A DNA stretch of 64,000 bases, taken from Alphaproteobacteria bacterium (lineage in GTDB: Bacteria; Pseudomonadota; Alphaproteobacteria; UBA9219; RFNS01). Below, in pieces: positions 1-8,503 of this stretch (its first letter is position 1; each line of letters opens with the position of its first letter). Made by a program: the position numbers and the translations under genes. Location of the stretch: the NCBI GenBank assembly GCA_037200005.1, contig JBBCGY010000001.1, forward strand, positions 42,416 to 106,415, read 5' to 3'. The notes below the pieces were generated by a model. The model had not been told where the DNA came from and searched no databases. It worked only from the letters and a program-made list of their open reading frames with translations.

Positions 1-7
1 TCACTTA

Positions 8-41
8 ACCGCGCACCGGCCTCCGATGCGCGGTTTTTCTA
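8..41 (+). terminator. Rho-independent terminator-like hairpin (stem accgcgca/tgcgcggt followed by TTTTTCT)
   Basis: GC-rich inverted repeat at 9-35 followed directly by a T-run. It probably terminates a gene upstream of the window. Confidence 0.45.
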
Positions 42-59
42 TGCCGACTGATCGCCAAT

Positions 60-545
60 TTACGTTTTGAATGGATTATCGAAAACGAGACCGACCTTGC
101 CTGAGAGCGGCCAAATACCATGCTCAGAACCGAATCCTAATTCGAGGGAGAGTTCGCGCAAGGATTTAAAGATTAGAGAAAAGATGCTCCATATCTTACA
201 TGCGATAGAGACGACGTATTCTTTGACCCGCTCGATGAATTCGATAAGCGCATCTCTGGTTCGTCGTGCATAAGTTCTAAGAGAGGCCAACACGCTAGAG
301 GCCAAAGATTTTACATGCAGGAGAAATCGCTCGGCATGCCCTTTGGTCAATTCAACTCCTCTCGCTATTCTATCTGGCATGATGTCGCAATATTCTAGAA
401 AAGCAGAAAAAAGTTCACCTTCTTCCTTTGGAAATTCTCTAGTCGCATCGGTATCTTTGGCGATCCTTATGTCCTGTTTTAGACTCACGAGGATGGCATT
501 GACGGCTGCATCGTCAGCTTTTTCAGATAGTTCTAGAATAAGCAT
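60..545 (-). CDS. hypothetical protein (161 aa), low-GC
   Basis: Longest ORF across this AT-rich stretch. The C-terminal third is hydrophobic and no recognisable motif is present. Confidence 0.4.
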   Translation of the reverse strand: MLILELSEKADDAAVNAILVSLKQDIRIAKDTDATREFPKEEGELFSAFLEYCDIMPDRIARGVELTKGHAERFLLHVKSLASSVLASLRTYARRTRDALIEFIERVKEYVVSIACKIWSIFSLIFKSLRELSLELGFGSEHGIWPLSGKVGLVFDNPFKT

Positions 546-745
546 GGGCTTGATCCTCCCCTATAGATTGCAAAGACTAAATTAAACACATCCATTCCTT
601 AGAATCCAAGCTTCTTCATACCGAACAACTGAAACATACACCGTTATGTGTCTGACCGATAAACCGTCAGCTACTGCTGCGCAGCATTTAAACGCACCCA
701 TCTCTTCAAAACAATTTCCCCCTCACCTCATAGAAAGGAAAGCAT

Positions 746-1006
746 ATGAAAACATCCATGTCCGAAATCATTGATCTTACCCTCACGCAAGCTATTGAGC
801 GTTACATGGAGATGGAGCCGGAGGCGGTTCACGATGCCATTGTCGCCGAATGGCCGGAACAACTGGCCGTCATTCTGGTGGAGTTCTTTTTCAAAACCAC
901 ATGCGGCAATTGCGACGGCTTGCCGGATTTTATCCAAATCCCAAGAGAGCAGAGCGACATTTATTACATCGTCCCGCTATGCGGCTGCGAATGGGGCGGC
1001 GAATAG
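746..1006 (+). CDS. small Cys-containing hypothetical protein (86 aa)
   Basis: Good RBS (GAAAGGAA) 8 nt upstream of the ATG. C-terminal CxxC...CxC cluster (CGNCDG...LCGCEW) suggests a zinc ribbon. Confidence 0.5.
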   Translation: MKTSMSEIIDLTLTQAIERYMEMEPEAVHDAIVAEWPEQLAVILVEFFFKTTCGNCDGLPDFIQIPREQSDIYYIVPLCGCEWGGE

Positions 1007-1091
1007 CGTCTTAACCATACTGAGGGCGTGCGCACGACTTCGCCAAAGATTTTAAGCCCCGATTATTCCAACCATAGAAAGGAACCCTATT

Positions 1092-1772
1092 ATGAAAGCC
1101 GGAAACACCCATACCACGCGCGAAAGCTGGCTGCGGTCGGCGACGAATGAATTACGCCCGTATTTCAGCAAGCTCGGCTACGAATTGCCGGAGAAGATTC
1201 GTTTTGCCATCGCGTTCACATCAACCGGCAAGCGCGGACACATGGCCGGAGAATGCTGGCATCCGGCGTCATCGGCAGACGGGCATTATGAAATCATCAT
1301 CCGCGCGGATATTGCCGATCCCGCAGAAGTCCTTGGCATTCTTGTGCACGAACTTGTGCATACGTTGTTGCCGCCCGAAGTGAAACACGGGAAAGAATTC
1401 AGAGCCATTGCGCTGCGCATCGGCCTTGAAGGCAAAATGCGCGAAACAACGCCCACGCCGATCTTGGCGGAGCGTTTAAACGCTATCGCCATCAATCTCG
1501 GCGCATTGCCTCACGCCAAACTTAATTTTTCCGAGAACGCCGATGCTCCCAAAAAACAAAAAACCCGCTGGCTGAAAGCTGAATGCGGCGCGGCTTGCGG
1601 TTATAGCGTTCAAATCACCGCTAAATGGGCGCGCGCCGGGCTTCCCATTTGTCCAATCGATACCGATCATGGCGCATTGATTTGCAATTTGCCGGATGAT
1701 GGCAAGGACGAAGAAATAACCATGGACAACAAATCGGACATGCAAACAAGCAAAGCAATTTTGCGTTCCTAA
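1092..1772 (+). CDS. SprT-like zinc metallopeptidase domain protein (226 aa)
   Basis: HExxH motif (ILVHELVHTLL) in a SprT-like context, plus a C-terminal Cys cluster (CGAACGY...CPID...HGALIC). Same CATAGAAAGGAA RBS context as the preceding ORF. Such proteins are typical of plasmid/ICE cargo. Confidence 0.55.
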   Translation: MKAGNTHTTRESWLRSATNELRPYFSKLGYELPEKIRFAIAFTSTGKRGHMAGECWHPASSADGHYEIIIRADIADPAEVLGILVHELVHTLLPPEVKHGKEFRAIALRIGLEGKMRETTPTPILAERLNAIAINLGALPHAKLNFSENADAPKKQKTRWLKAECGAACGYSVQITAKWARAGLPICPIDTDHGALICNLPDDGKDEEITMDNKSDMQTSKAILRS

Positions 1773-1825
1773 ATAACCGACATTGAGAAATTGATTTCGT
1801 CGCAGGCTCCGCAAGGTGTGGGTCG

Positions 1826-1872
1826 TGTGACGTTGTCACACGCCACCCCCTCTGTGTGACGCGTCACACAGA
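1826..1872. promoter_or_regulatory. two adjacent palindromes sharing a TGTGAC..GTCACA core (candidate operator pair)
   Basis: gtgtgacGTTgtcacac (7-bp arms) and ctgtgtgacGCgtcacacag (perfect 20-bp palindrome), 12 bp apart, between the SprT-like gene and hsdM. Confidence 0.4.
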
Positions 1873-2221
1873 GATAGCAGGGGCTTCGCCCCATGCACCC
1901 CCATATTCATTTCAGCGAGGATATTCACATGACTATTTCGCAAAAATCACGGTTATCAACCAAGTCCTTTCTCAGCATCCGCGAGAGAAAGACGGAATGC
2001 AGTATCATTCCGTCAATATTGAGTCTCCAGTGTTGCCGACGCCGATCAATGCCGCGCTATTCCAGGACAAGGAGGATGACAGCAAGTTCAACCTCATATG
2101 GAACAGGCCGGAGCAGCAGGGACTCAAGGCCGAAGCCACCCTAAGCGTCGCGGGTCAGCCCCAATCCCGCCGCTTCTCCGGCCCGCGCGCAACGCCGTAG
2201 GTAGTAACGGAGAGGACGACA

Positions 2222-2251
2222 TCCCCGCAGGACGCTCGTCCTGCGGGGATT
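2222..2251 (+). terminator. perfect 14-bp-stem hairpin (atccccgcaggacg/cgtcctgcggggat), terminator- or operator-like
   Basis: Perfect inverted repeat about 80 bp upstream of the hsdM start, with no clear T-tract after it. Confidence 0.35.
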
Positions 2252-2331
2252 AATCGGAAAATATCGAACGAATGCCCTATGGCGCAATCCAGAGGCCGCC
2301 ATTATAATGCGCGGAAACTAAGGGATAGCAT

Positions 2332-3892
2332 ATGGCGCAAGCGAAAAAGGCAAAGAAACAGGGCGGCAATGGGGCTAATTTGGGGTTTGAAGCCCAGATG
2401 TTCCAAGCCGCCGACAAAATGCGCGGCAGCATGGATGCCAGCGAATATAAGCATGTCGCCCTGGGACTGATTTTCTTGAAATATATCTCCGACGCTTTTG
2501 AAGCCAGACATGCGACTGTCAAAGCGGACGGCGAGGACCCGGAAGACCGCGATTTTTATATCGCGGAAAATGTCTTCTGGGTTCCCAAAGAGGCCCGATG
2601 GAACCATCTACAAGCGAATGCCAAGCAACCGACCATCGGTAAATTGATTGATAATGCCATGCTGGCGATTGAGTCGGCGAATGCCTCTTTGAAGGGGGTT
2701 TTGCCAAAGGATTATGCCCGCCCAGCCCCTCAACAAACAAATGCTTGGCGAGCTGATCGACCTTATCAGCGGCATCGGGATGCATGAGGGCGCAGGCAAG
2801 AGCAAAGATATTCTTGGGCGCGTTTACGAATATTTCCTCGGTGGCTTTGCCGGAGCCGAAGGCAAGCGCGGCGGTGAATTTTATACGCCGCGTTCCGTAG
2901 TCATGCTGCTGGTTGAAATGCTGGAGCCTTATAAAGGCCGCATCTATGACCCTTGCTGCGGTTCGGGCGGCATGTTCGTTCAATCGGAGAAATTCGTGCT
3001 GGCGCATGGCGGGCGCATCGGCGACATCGCCATCTATGGCCAGGAAATGAATAACACCACATGGCGCTTGGCCAAAATGAATATGGCGGTGCGCGGCATT
3101 GACACGGATATTCGCTGGAACAATGAAGGCAGCTTCCATAAAGATGAATTCAAAGACTTGAAGGCCGATTATATCCTCGCCAATCCACCGTTCAACGTAT
3201 CGGATTGGGGAGCGGATCGCCTGCGCGAAGATGTGCGGTGGAAATACGGCTTGCCGCCTGCTGGCAATGCCAACTACGGCTGGCTACAGCATATCATCCA
3301 CCATTTAGCGCCGAATGGCGTTGCCGGCGTTGTGCTGGCCAATGGCAGCATGTCTTCCAATCAGTCCGGTGAAGGCGAAATCCGCAAGGCTATGATTGAA
3401 AAGGATTTGGTCGATTGCATGGTGGCCTTGCCAGGGCAGCTATTCTATTCAACCCAGATTCCGGCCTGCCTGTGGTTCTTGGCGCGGAACAAAAAAACAT
3501 CGCATCCGCGCAATCGCAGCGGCGAAGTCTTGTTCATTGATGCCCGGAAAATGGGTGTCATGATTGACCGCACCCGCCGTGAGTTAACGGAAGATGACGT
3601 TAAGAAGATCGGCGCTCTCTATCATGCCTGGCGCGGTGAAAAAGACGCCGGGAAATATGCCGACATTCCTGGTCTTTGCAAGGCGGCAAAGTTGGATGAA
3701 GTCTCCGGTCATGGCTTTGTCCTCACCCCTGGCCGCTATGTCGGCAGCGAAGCGGTGGAAGATGACGATGAACCGTTTGAGGTGAAATTTCCCCGACTGG
3801 TTGTTGAGTTGGAAAACCAGTTTGAAGAAAGCGATAAACTCACTGCCCAAATTCGGCGGAATCTGACTTTGTTGGGAGGGTCGCAAAAATGA
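2332..3892 (+). pseudogene. hsdM: Type I restriction-modification methyltransferase subunit HsdM, interrupted by a frameshift near 2725-2740
   Basis: The HsdM N-terminal domain is in one frame (2332-2787). The AdoMet-MTase core ([15 protein letters not shown]) continues in another frame (2714-3892). The junction reads ...LPKDYARPA / [15 protein letters not shown] within a C-rich run. Confidence 0.8.
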
Positions 3893-4380
3893 CGCTCAAC
3901 CACAAATACATCAAACAGATATTGATTTCCTTGCGGGACAATCCAGCTCCCAGCATGGACAGTTATGATCTGGCAAAAATTTGTGGCGTTGATATGAACC
4001 ATATTGATGAATTGGCGTTTGGTAAGTTTGTGACCCAACTGCGCCTGCTAAAGGATATGGCATGCATAGACTGTCCCGTGGACAATCTCGGCTTTAGCCA
4101 GAACATCAATCGCCACTGGATAATTTGTCGCACCACCTATCGGCTCTCCAGCCAGGGGCACAGTTTTCTGGACACAGAAAACAAAAATACCCTGTTCAAT
4201 AAGGGAAAGGCGTTCTTCTTTTCAGCCTTTACGGAAGCTGGAAAGCGTTTTCTGATTCAGGCAATAACGGCAATTTTTATTGTTGTGCTGGCTACCGTTG
4301 CCGCAAACGCTGGTCTTTTCAAAATTTCGAGTTCGCATGGCCTAGCTAATCTCAAAAATCCAAAAGAGCGAGGGCTATGA
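3889..4380 (+). CDS. hypothetical membrane-anchored protein (163 aa) embedded between hsdM and hsdS
   Basis: Overlaps ATGA with the hsdM stop and again with the hsdS start. It has a soluble, possibly winged-helix-like N-terminal ~100 aa and one C-terminal TM helix ([20 protein letters not shown]). GC is low. Confidence 0.55.
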   Translation: MTLNHKYIKQILISLRDNPAPSMDSYDLAKICGVDMNHIDELAFGKFVTQLRLLKDMACIDCPVDNLGFSQNINRHWIICRTTYRLSSQGHSFLDTENKNTLFNKGKAFFFSAFTEAGKRFLIQAITAIFIVVLATVAANAGLFKISSSHGLANLKNPKERGL

Positions 4381-5696
4381 TGTCTCTTTCGGAATGGCAA
4401 ATATTATCATTTAAAGAAGCTGGTGTTCAGTTGATTGATTGCGATCACAAAACACCCCCGGCATCTTCTTATGGGTATCCATATGTTACGATCCCTCAAA
4501 TCAAAAATGGGCGCATAGATGTGTCTGAAGCAAGGCGGATTACCGCAGAACATTTCAAAGAGTGGACAAGGAAGGCCAATCCAAAGCCCTTTGACGTTGT
4601 CTTATCTCGTAGATGCAACCCAGGAGAAACTGCCCATGTCCCTGCGGGGCTAGAGTTCGCTCTTGGACAAAATCTCGTTTTGTTGCGTGCAAATGGTGAA
4701 AAGGTATTTCCGCGATATTTACGATGGCTTACGCGGGGAGTGTTATGGTGGGAACAGATATCAAAGTTTATTAATGTGGGCGCCGTTTTCGATAGTTTGA
4801 GATGTGCGGACGTTCCAAATTTTCAATTTCCAATACCAGCACTGCATGAACAAAAAGCAATTGCTTCAATATTGACCGCACTGGACGATAAGATCGAACT
4901 GAACCGCCGGATGAATGCGAACCTGGAGGCGATGGCGCGGGCGGTGTTCAAAAGTTGGTTTGTCGATTTCGACCCCGTCCGCGCCAAAATGGCAGGCCGC
5001 CAACCCTTCGGTATGAGCGCGGCTACCGCTGCCTTGTTCCCCTCGCGCCTCGCCCCCTCCGAACTCGGCGATATTCCGGAGGGGTGGTCGGTCGATCAAA
5101 TCGGGAACGCGGTCACCGCCGTTGGCGGCAGCACCCCCAGCACCGAAAATCTAGAATATTGGACTGATGGGCAGTATGCCTGGGTAACGCCAAAAGACCT
5201 CTCTGCACTGAAATCGCCTGTTTTGTTCACAACGGAACGCAGGATAACAGATGCAGGAATCCGTGTTATCAGTTCCGGACTTCTGCCGTCGGGTACTGTT
5301 TTGATGTCTTCCCGTGCGCCAATCGGCTATATCGCAATCGCCGAAACGTCCGTTGCCATCAATCAAGGCTTCATAGCCATCGTTTGTGACAAAGAGCTTC
5401 CCAATTTATACGTCTGGCAATGGCTGCACGCCAATCTTGACATGATCAAAAGCCATGCAAACGGCTCAACCTTTCAGGAAATCAGCAAAGGCAGTTTCCG
5501 GCCTCTCCCCTGCATCATTCCATCAGCAAAGGTTCTCGAAAAATTTCAGGCAATCGTTTTGCCTATCTGGCAAAAACTCGTTGCGAATGAAAAAGAGTGT
5601 CTGGGGCTAGAAAAAACGCGCGACTACCTTCTTCCCAAACTAATCTCCGGCGACATCCGCATCCGCGACGCCGAGAAATTTATGGAGGCTGCATAA
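4377..5696 (+). CDS. hsdS: Type I restriction-modification specificity subunit HsdS (two target-recognition domains)
   Basis: Two low-GC variable domains flank a conserved high-GC central repeat (LDDKIELNRRMNANLEAMARAVFKSWFVDFDP). A similar C-terminal conserved helix follows (LPKLISGDIRI). Confidence 0.9.
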   Translation: MMSLSEWQILSFKEAGVQLIDCDHKTPPASSYGYPYVTIPQIKNGRIDVSEARRITAEHFKEWTRKANPKPFDVVLSRRCNPGETAHVPAGLEFALGQNLVLLRANGEKVFPRYLRWLTRGVLWWEQISKFINVGAVFDSLRCADVPNFQFPIPALHEQKAIASILTALDDKIELNRRMNANLEAMARAVFKSWFVDFDPVRAKMAGRQPFGMSAATAALFPSRLAPSELGDIPEGWSVDQIGNAVTAVGGSTPSTENLEYWTDGQYAWVTPKDLSALKSPVLFTTERRITDAGIRVISSGLLPSGTVLMSSRAPIGYIAIAETSVAINQGFIAIVCDKELPNLYVWQWLHANLDMIKSHANGSTFQEISKGSFRPLPCIIPSAKVLEKFQAIVLPIWQKLVANEKECLGLEKTRDYLLPKLISGDIRIRDAEKFMEAA

Positions 5697-7150
5697 TGAA
5701 TCGCTGGGTAAATTCGTTCCAGAACCATCCTTTCCAAAAGCCATGGAAAGATATTGTGGAGCTTTCAGAAAAGATTGCTCTTCAAGATGAGACTGTCGCA
5801 ACTGACGTCCAAGAGCTTGCGCGTCTAAAAAAGGTTATAACCTATGTTGGCCAGTTAATAGGTGCAGCTGATCCGGAATTGATTCCATTAAGCATATGGA
5901 GTTCTTTTCAGGACCAGGCCACGCAGTGTGCAGATCAAATCAATCAGTACAACAGCAATAAGAACATTACTCACCTCAGCAACGCTAATAGCAATCTAGA
6001 TAATTTATTGACATATGTTCGCCCTTATGTGGTTTCTGCAGAGGGGGCGGCTCAGGCGGCAATGTCTGCGTTCATAGTGTATTCCGACACCATCAATACA
6101 CAGACCGATCTGATACAATCAAAAACCCAAGCCTCTGTTAACGGTACGCAGGCGAACAAAGAAAAGTCTGATGAAATATACAAAGAAATAGAGCAGTCAA
6201 AGCACAACATTCAACAATTGGAACAAAAATTTTTGATCGGCGATAGCAATGAGAAGAGCCTCCAGGAAAGAATGCAGATTCTTCTTGGGGAAGCCCAGGA
6301 GTGGAATAAAATAATTGGTGAGTTTCACAAACGGCTGACAAGCGGCAATGAACAAGAAAGCGCAATTTCGCTACAAATCGAAGAAGCAAAAAATAAAGCT
6401 ACTAAGGATAAGGAGGCTATAGAAAGTGCCCTTCAATTATCTGAAAATTTAATCAAAGACCTCAAAGAGTTTTATGAGCGAGTTTTTGGCAAAGAAGGCA
6501 GTGACGGAAACGTCATGGTCGGTCTAAAGCAAGAATTGGATAACCGCATTAAAGAGCTTGATAATTTTAAAATTAATCAAGGAACAGCCTACAATACCTT
6601 ATTTCAAAAAATTGAATCTCTACTGCCCGGAGCAACAAGCACTGGTCTTGCCAGTGCGTATAGAGAATTAAGAGACTCTTTTGCTGCGCCCATCAATATC
6701 TATACGCTAGTGTTTTGCTTCACCCTAGCAGTGATGTTTTTTGTTGGCTTGTGGGGTGTTGACTTCGGTGATGATGTGGGATTGAACAAGATGCTCGGCA
6801 GTCTCTATCACAAACTCCCACTTTTACTGCCCATCCTGTGGCTGGCAATTTTTGCTTCCAGACGAAGAAGCGAAAGTCAAAGGTTGCAACAAGAATATGC
6901 CCATAAAGAGGCGCTCGCAAAATCATTTCAAAGCTTCAAAAAACAAATTGATGCATTGCAGGAGAAGGACGAGGTCCTTACCAAGAAACTCCTGGATGCT
7001 ATGATCGGTGCCGTGTCCCATAATGCATCACAAACACTGGATGGAAAACATGGAGATAAAATTCCAACGCAAGAACTTCTAGAGGGAGTTATCAAGAAAT
7101 TTCCTGCGCAAAGCTTTTTTGAAAAATTAGTCGATAAAATCCTTAAATAG
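5696..7150 (+). CDS. coiled-coil protein with two C-proximal TM helices (485 aa), unknown function, embedded in the RM operon
   Basis: The ATG overlaps the hsdS stop (TAATG). Long heptad-like K/E/Q-rich segments are followed by two hydrophobic helices (IYTLVFCFTLAVMFFVGLWGV; LPLLLPILWLAIFA) and a ~100-aa tail. GC is very low (~40%). Confidence 0.6.
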   Translation: MNRWVNSFQNHPFQKPWKDIVELSEKIALQDETVATDVQELARLKKVITYVGQLIGAADPELIPLSIWSSFQDQATQCADQINQYNSNKNITHLSNANSNLDNLLTYVRPYVVSAEGAAQAAMSAFIVYSDTINTQTDLIQSKTQASVNGTQANKEKSDEIYKEIEQSKHNIQQLEQKFLIGDSNEKSLQERMQILLGEAQEWNKIIGEFHKRLTSGNEQESAISLQIEEAKNKATKDKEAIESALQLSENLIKDLKEFYERVFGKEGSDGNVMVGLKQELDNRIKELDNFKINQGTAYNTLFQKIESLLPGATSTGLASAYRELRDSFAAPINIYTLVFCFTLAVMFFVGLWGVDFGDDVGLNKMLGSLYHKLPLLLPILWLAIFASRRRSESQRLQQEYAHKEALAKSFQSFKKQIDALQEKDEVLTKKLLDAMIGAVSHNASQTLDGKHGDKIPTQELLEGVIKKFPAQSFFEKLVDKILK

Positions 7151-7233
7151 GGAACAATGTGAATGGTCTGTTAGGGGCAAAAAACTCGTCACATCCAACT
7201 TATCAAGTACGTTCCTCGGAAAGAGCTACTCAC

Positions 7234-8319
7234 ATGACCTTTGACCGCAACACACCCTACAACGATCTTCCGCTTTTGCCACCGGCGCAGATCGACCTGG
7301 AAACAAAGCCTATTCTCAAAAAGGCGATCACGGCGAATATCGCGCTTGCCAAGCTGTTCGACGCGGGAAAGTTGATTCCCAATCAGGCGCTTCTGGTTCA
7401 GGCGATTGGGTTGCAGGAAGCCAAGCTGTCCAGTGAAATCGAGAATATCGTCACGACCAATGACGATCTTTACCGCGCTTTCGCGGATGAGGGCGTGCAT
7501 TCCAGCCCCGCAGCCAAAGAGGTTCTGTTTTACAAGGACGCGCTCTGGAAAGGCTATAACGCGATCAAACTGGAAAAGCGCCCGCTCTCCACGCGCCTTT
7601 TTGAAGATACGTTCCGCATTATCAAGCAATCCTCTGACGGCATCCGGCGTTTGCCGGGCACGAAATTATCGAACCCGGCAGGCGAGATTATCTACACGCC
7701 GCCCGAAGGCGAAAATCTTTTGCGTGACAAGCTCTCCAATCTCGAAAAATTTCTTTACGCCGAAGACGGGCTTGATCCTTTGATCAAAATGGCCGTCATG
7801 CACTATCAATTCGAGGCTATTCATCCCTTCACCGACGGCAATGGGCGCACGGGGCGCATTCTCAATCTTTTATATTTGATCGAGTGCGGGTTGCTGGAGA
7901 TTCCGGTTTTGTATCTATCCCGCTACATCATCGAACACAAAACGGATTATTATCTGGGACTGCGCGGCGTAACCGAGGGGCAAAATTGGGAATCGTGGAT
8001 TCTCTATATTCTCGATGCGATTGAAGTGACGGCGCAGATGACCAGAGATCGGATTCTTCGCATTCATTCTTTAATGGACAAGACGGCGGAGGCGGTCAAA
8101 GCCCAGGCTCCCAAAATCTATTCCAAAGACCTTATTGAGGTGATTTTCCGCCAACCCTACTGTAAAATTCGCTTTTTGGAGGAGGCAGGGATTGCCCAAA
8201 GGCAGACCGCCTCCACTTATCTCTCCAAATTAGAGGCTTTGGGTATTTTGGAGTCCGTAAAGGCTGGACGCGAGAAATATTATATTAATCCGGCATTCTT
8301 TAACCTTTTGGCAGAATGA
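7234..8319 (+). CDS. Fic family protein (class II with SxxxEN inhibitory helix motif), C-terminal winged HTH
   Basis: Fic active-site motif HPFTDGNGRTGR. The N-terminal helix carries SSEIEN, matching the (S/T)xxxE(G/N) auto-inhibition motif. The typical start is M-x-FDRNTPY..LPxLPP. Confidence 0.85.
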   Translation: MTFDRNTPYNDLPLLPPAQIDLETKPILKKAITANIALAKLFDAGKLIPNQALLVQAIGLQEAKLSSEIENIVTTNDDLYRAFADEGVHSSPAAKEVLFYKDALWKGYNAIKLEKRPLSTRLFEDTFRIIKQSSDGIRRLPGTKLSNPAGEIIYTPPEGENLLRDKLSNLEKFLYAEDGLDPLIKMAVMHYQFEAIHPFTDGNGRTGRILNLLYLIECGLLEIPVLYLSRYIIEHKTDYYLGLRGVTEGQNWESWILYILDAIEVTAQMTRDRILRIHSLMDKTAEAVKAQAPKIYSKDLIEVIFRQPYCKIRFLEEAGIAQRQTASTYLSKLEALGILESVKAGREKYYINPAFFNLLAE

Positions 8320-8503
8320 CATGGTTATTTTCTGCATGTTTATGAAGTGCTTAGGTGATATGTTGTTTTGATCGACACATCGTTCCAACATGTCGAAAAA
8401 ATCAGAAAATTTCGACATGTTGAGGCTTGTGCCCTTGTTGGTTCTAAAATGCGCTTAACCGAGGCCAAACAGGCAACGGCATCGCAGTCCAAAGAGAAAA
8501 TCG

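Noticed and set aside
721-1090. Identical CATAGAAAGGAA 12-mers upstream of two consecutive genes as a repeat element
   Set aside because: They are simply strong Shine-Dalgarno contexts (AAAGGAA) of two co-oriented genes and too short to call a repeat family.
1856-2200. 114-aa ORF starting inside the palindrome pair
   Set aside because: The start codon is embedded in the palindrome, there is no RBS, and the composition is unlike neighbouring genes. More likely non-coding regulatory DNA. It is kept only as a region of interest.
5597-5695. Upstream extension of the 517-aa ORF overlapping hsdS
   Set aside because: The extension is translated from the hsdS 3' end in another frame. The ATG at 5696 overlaps the hsdS stop (TAATG) and gives the typical coupled start.
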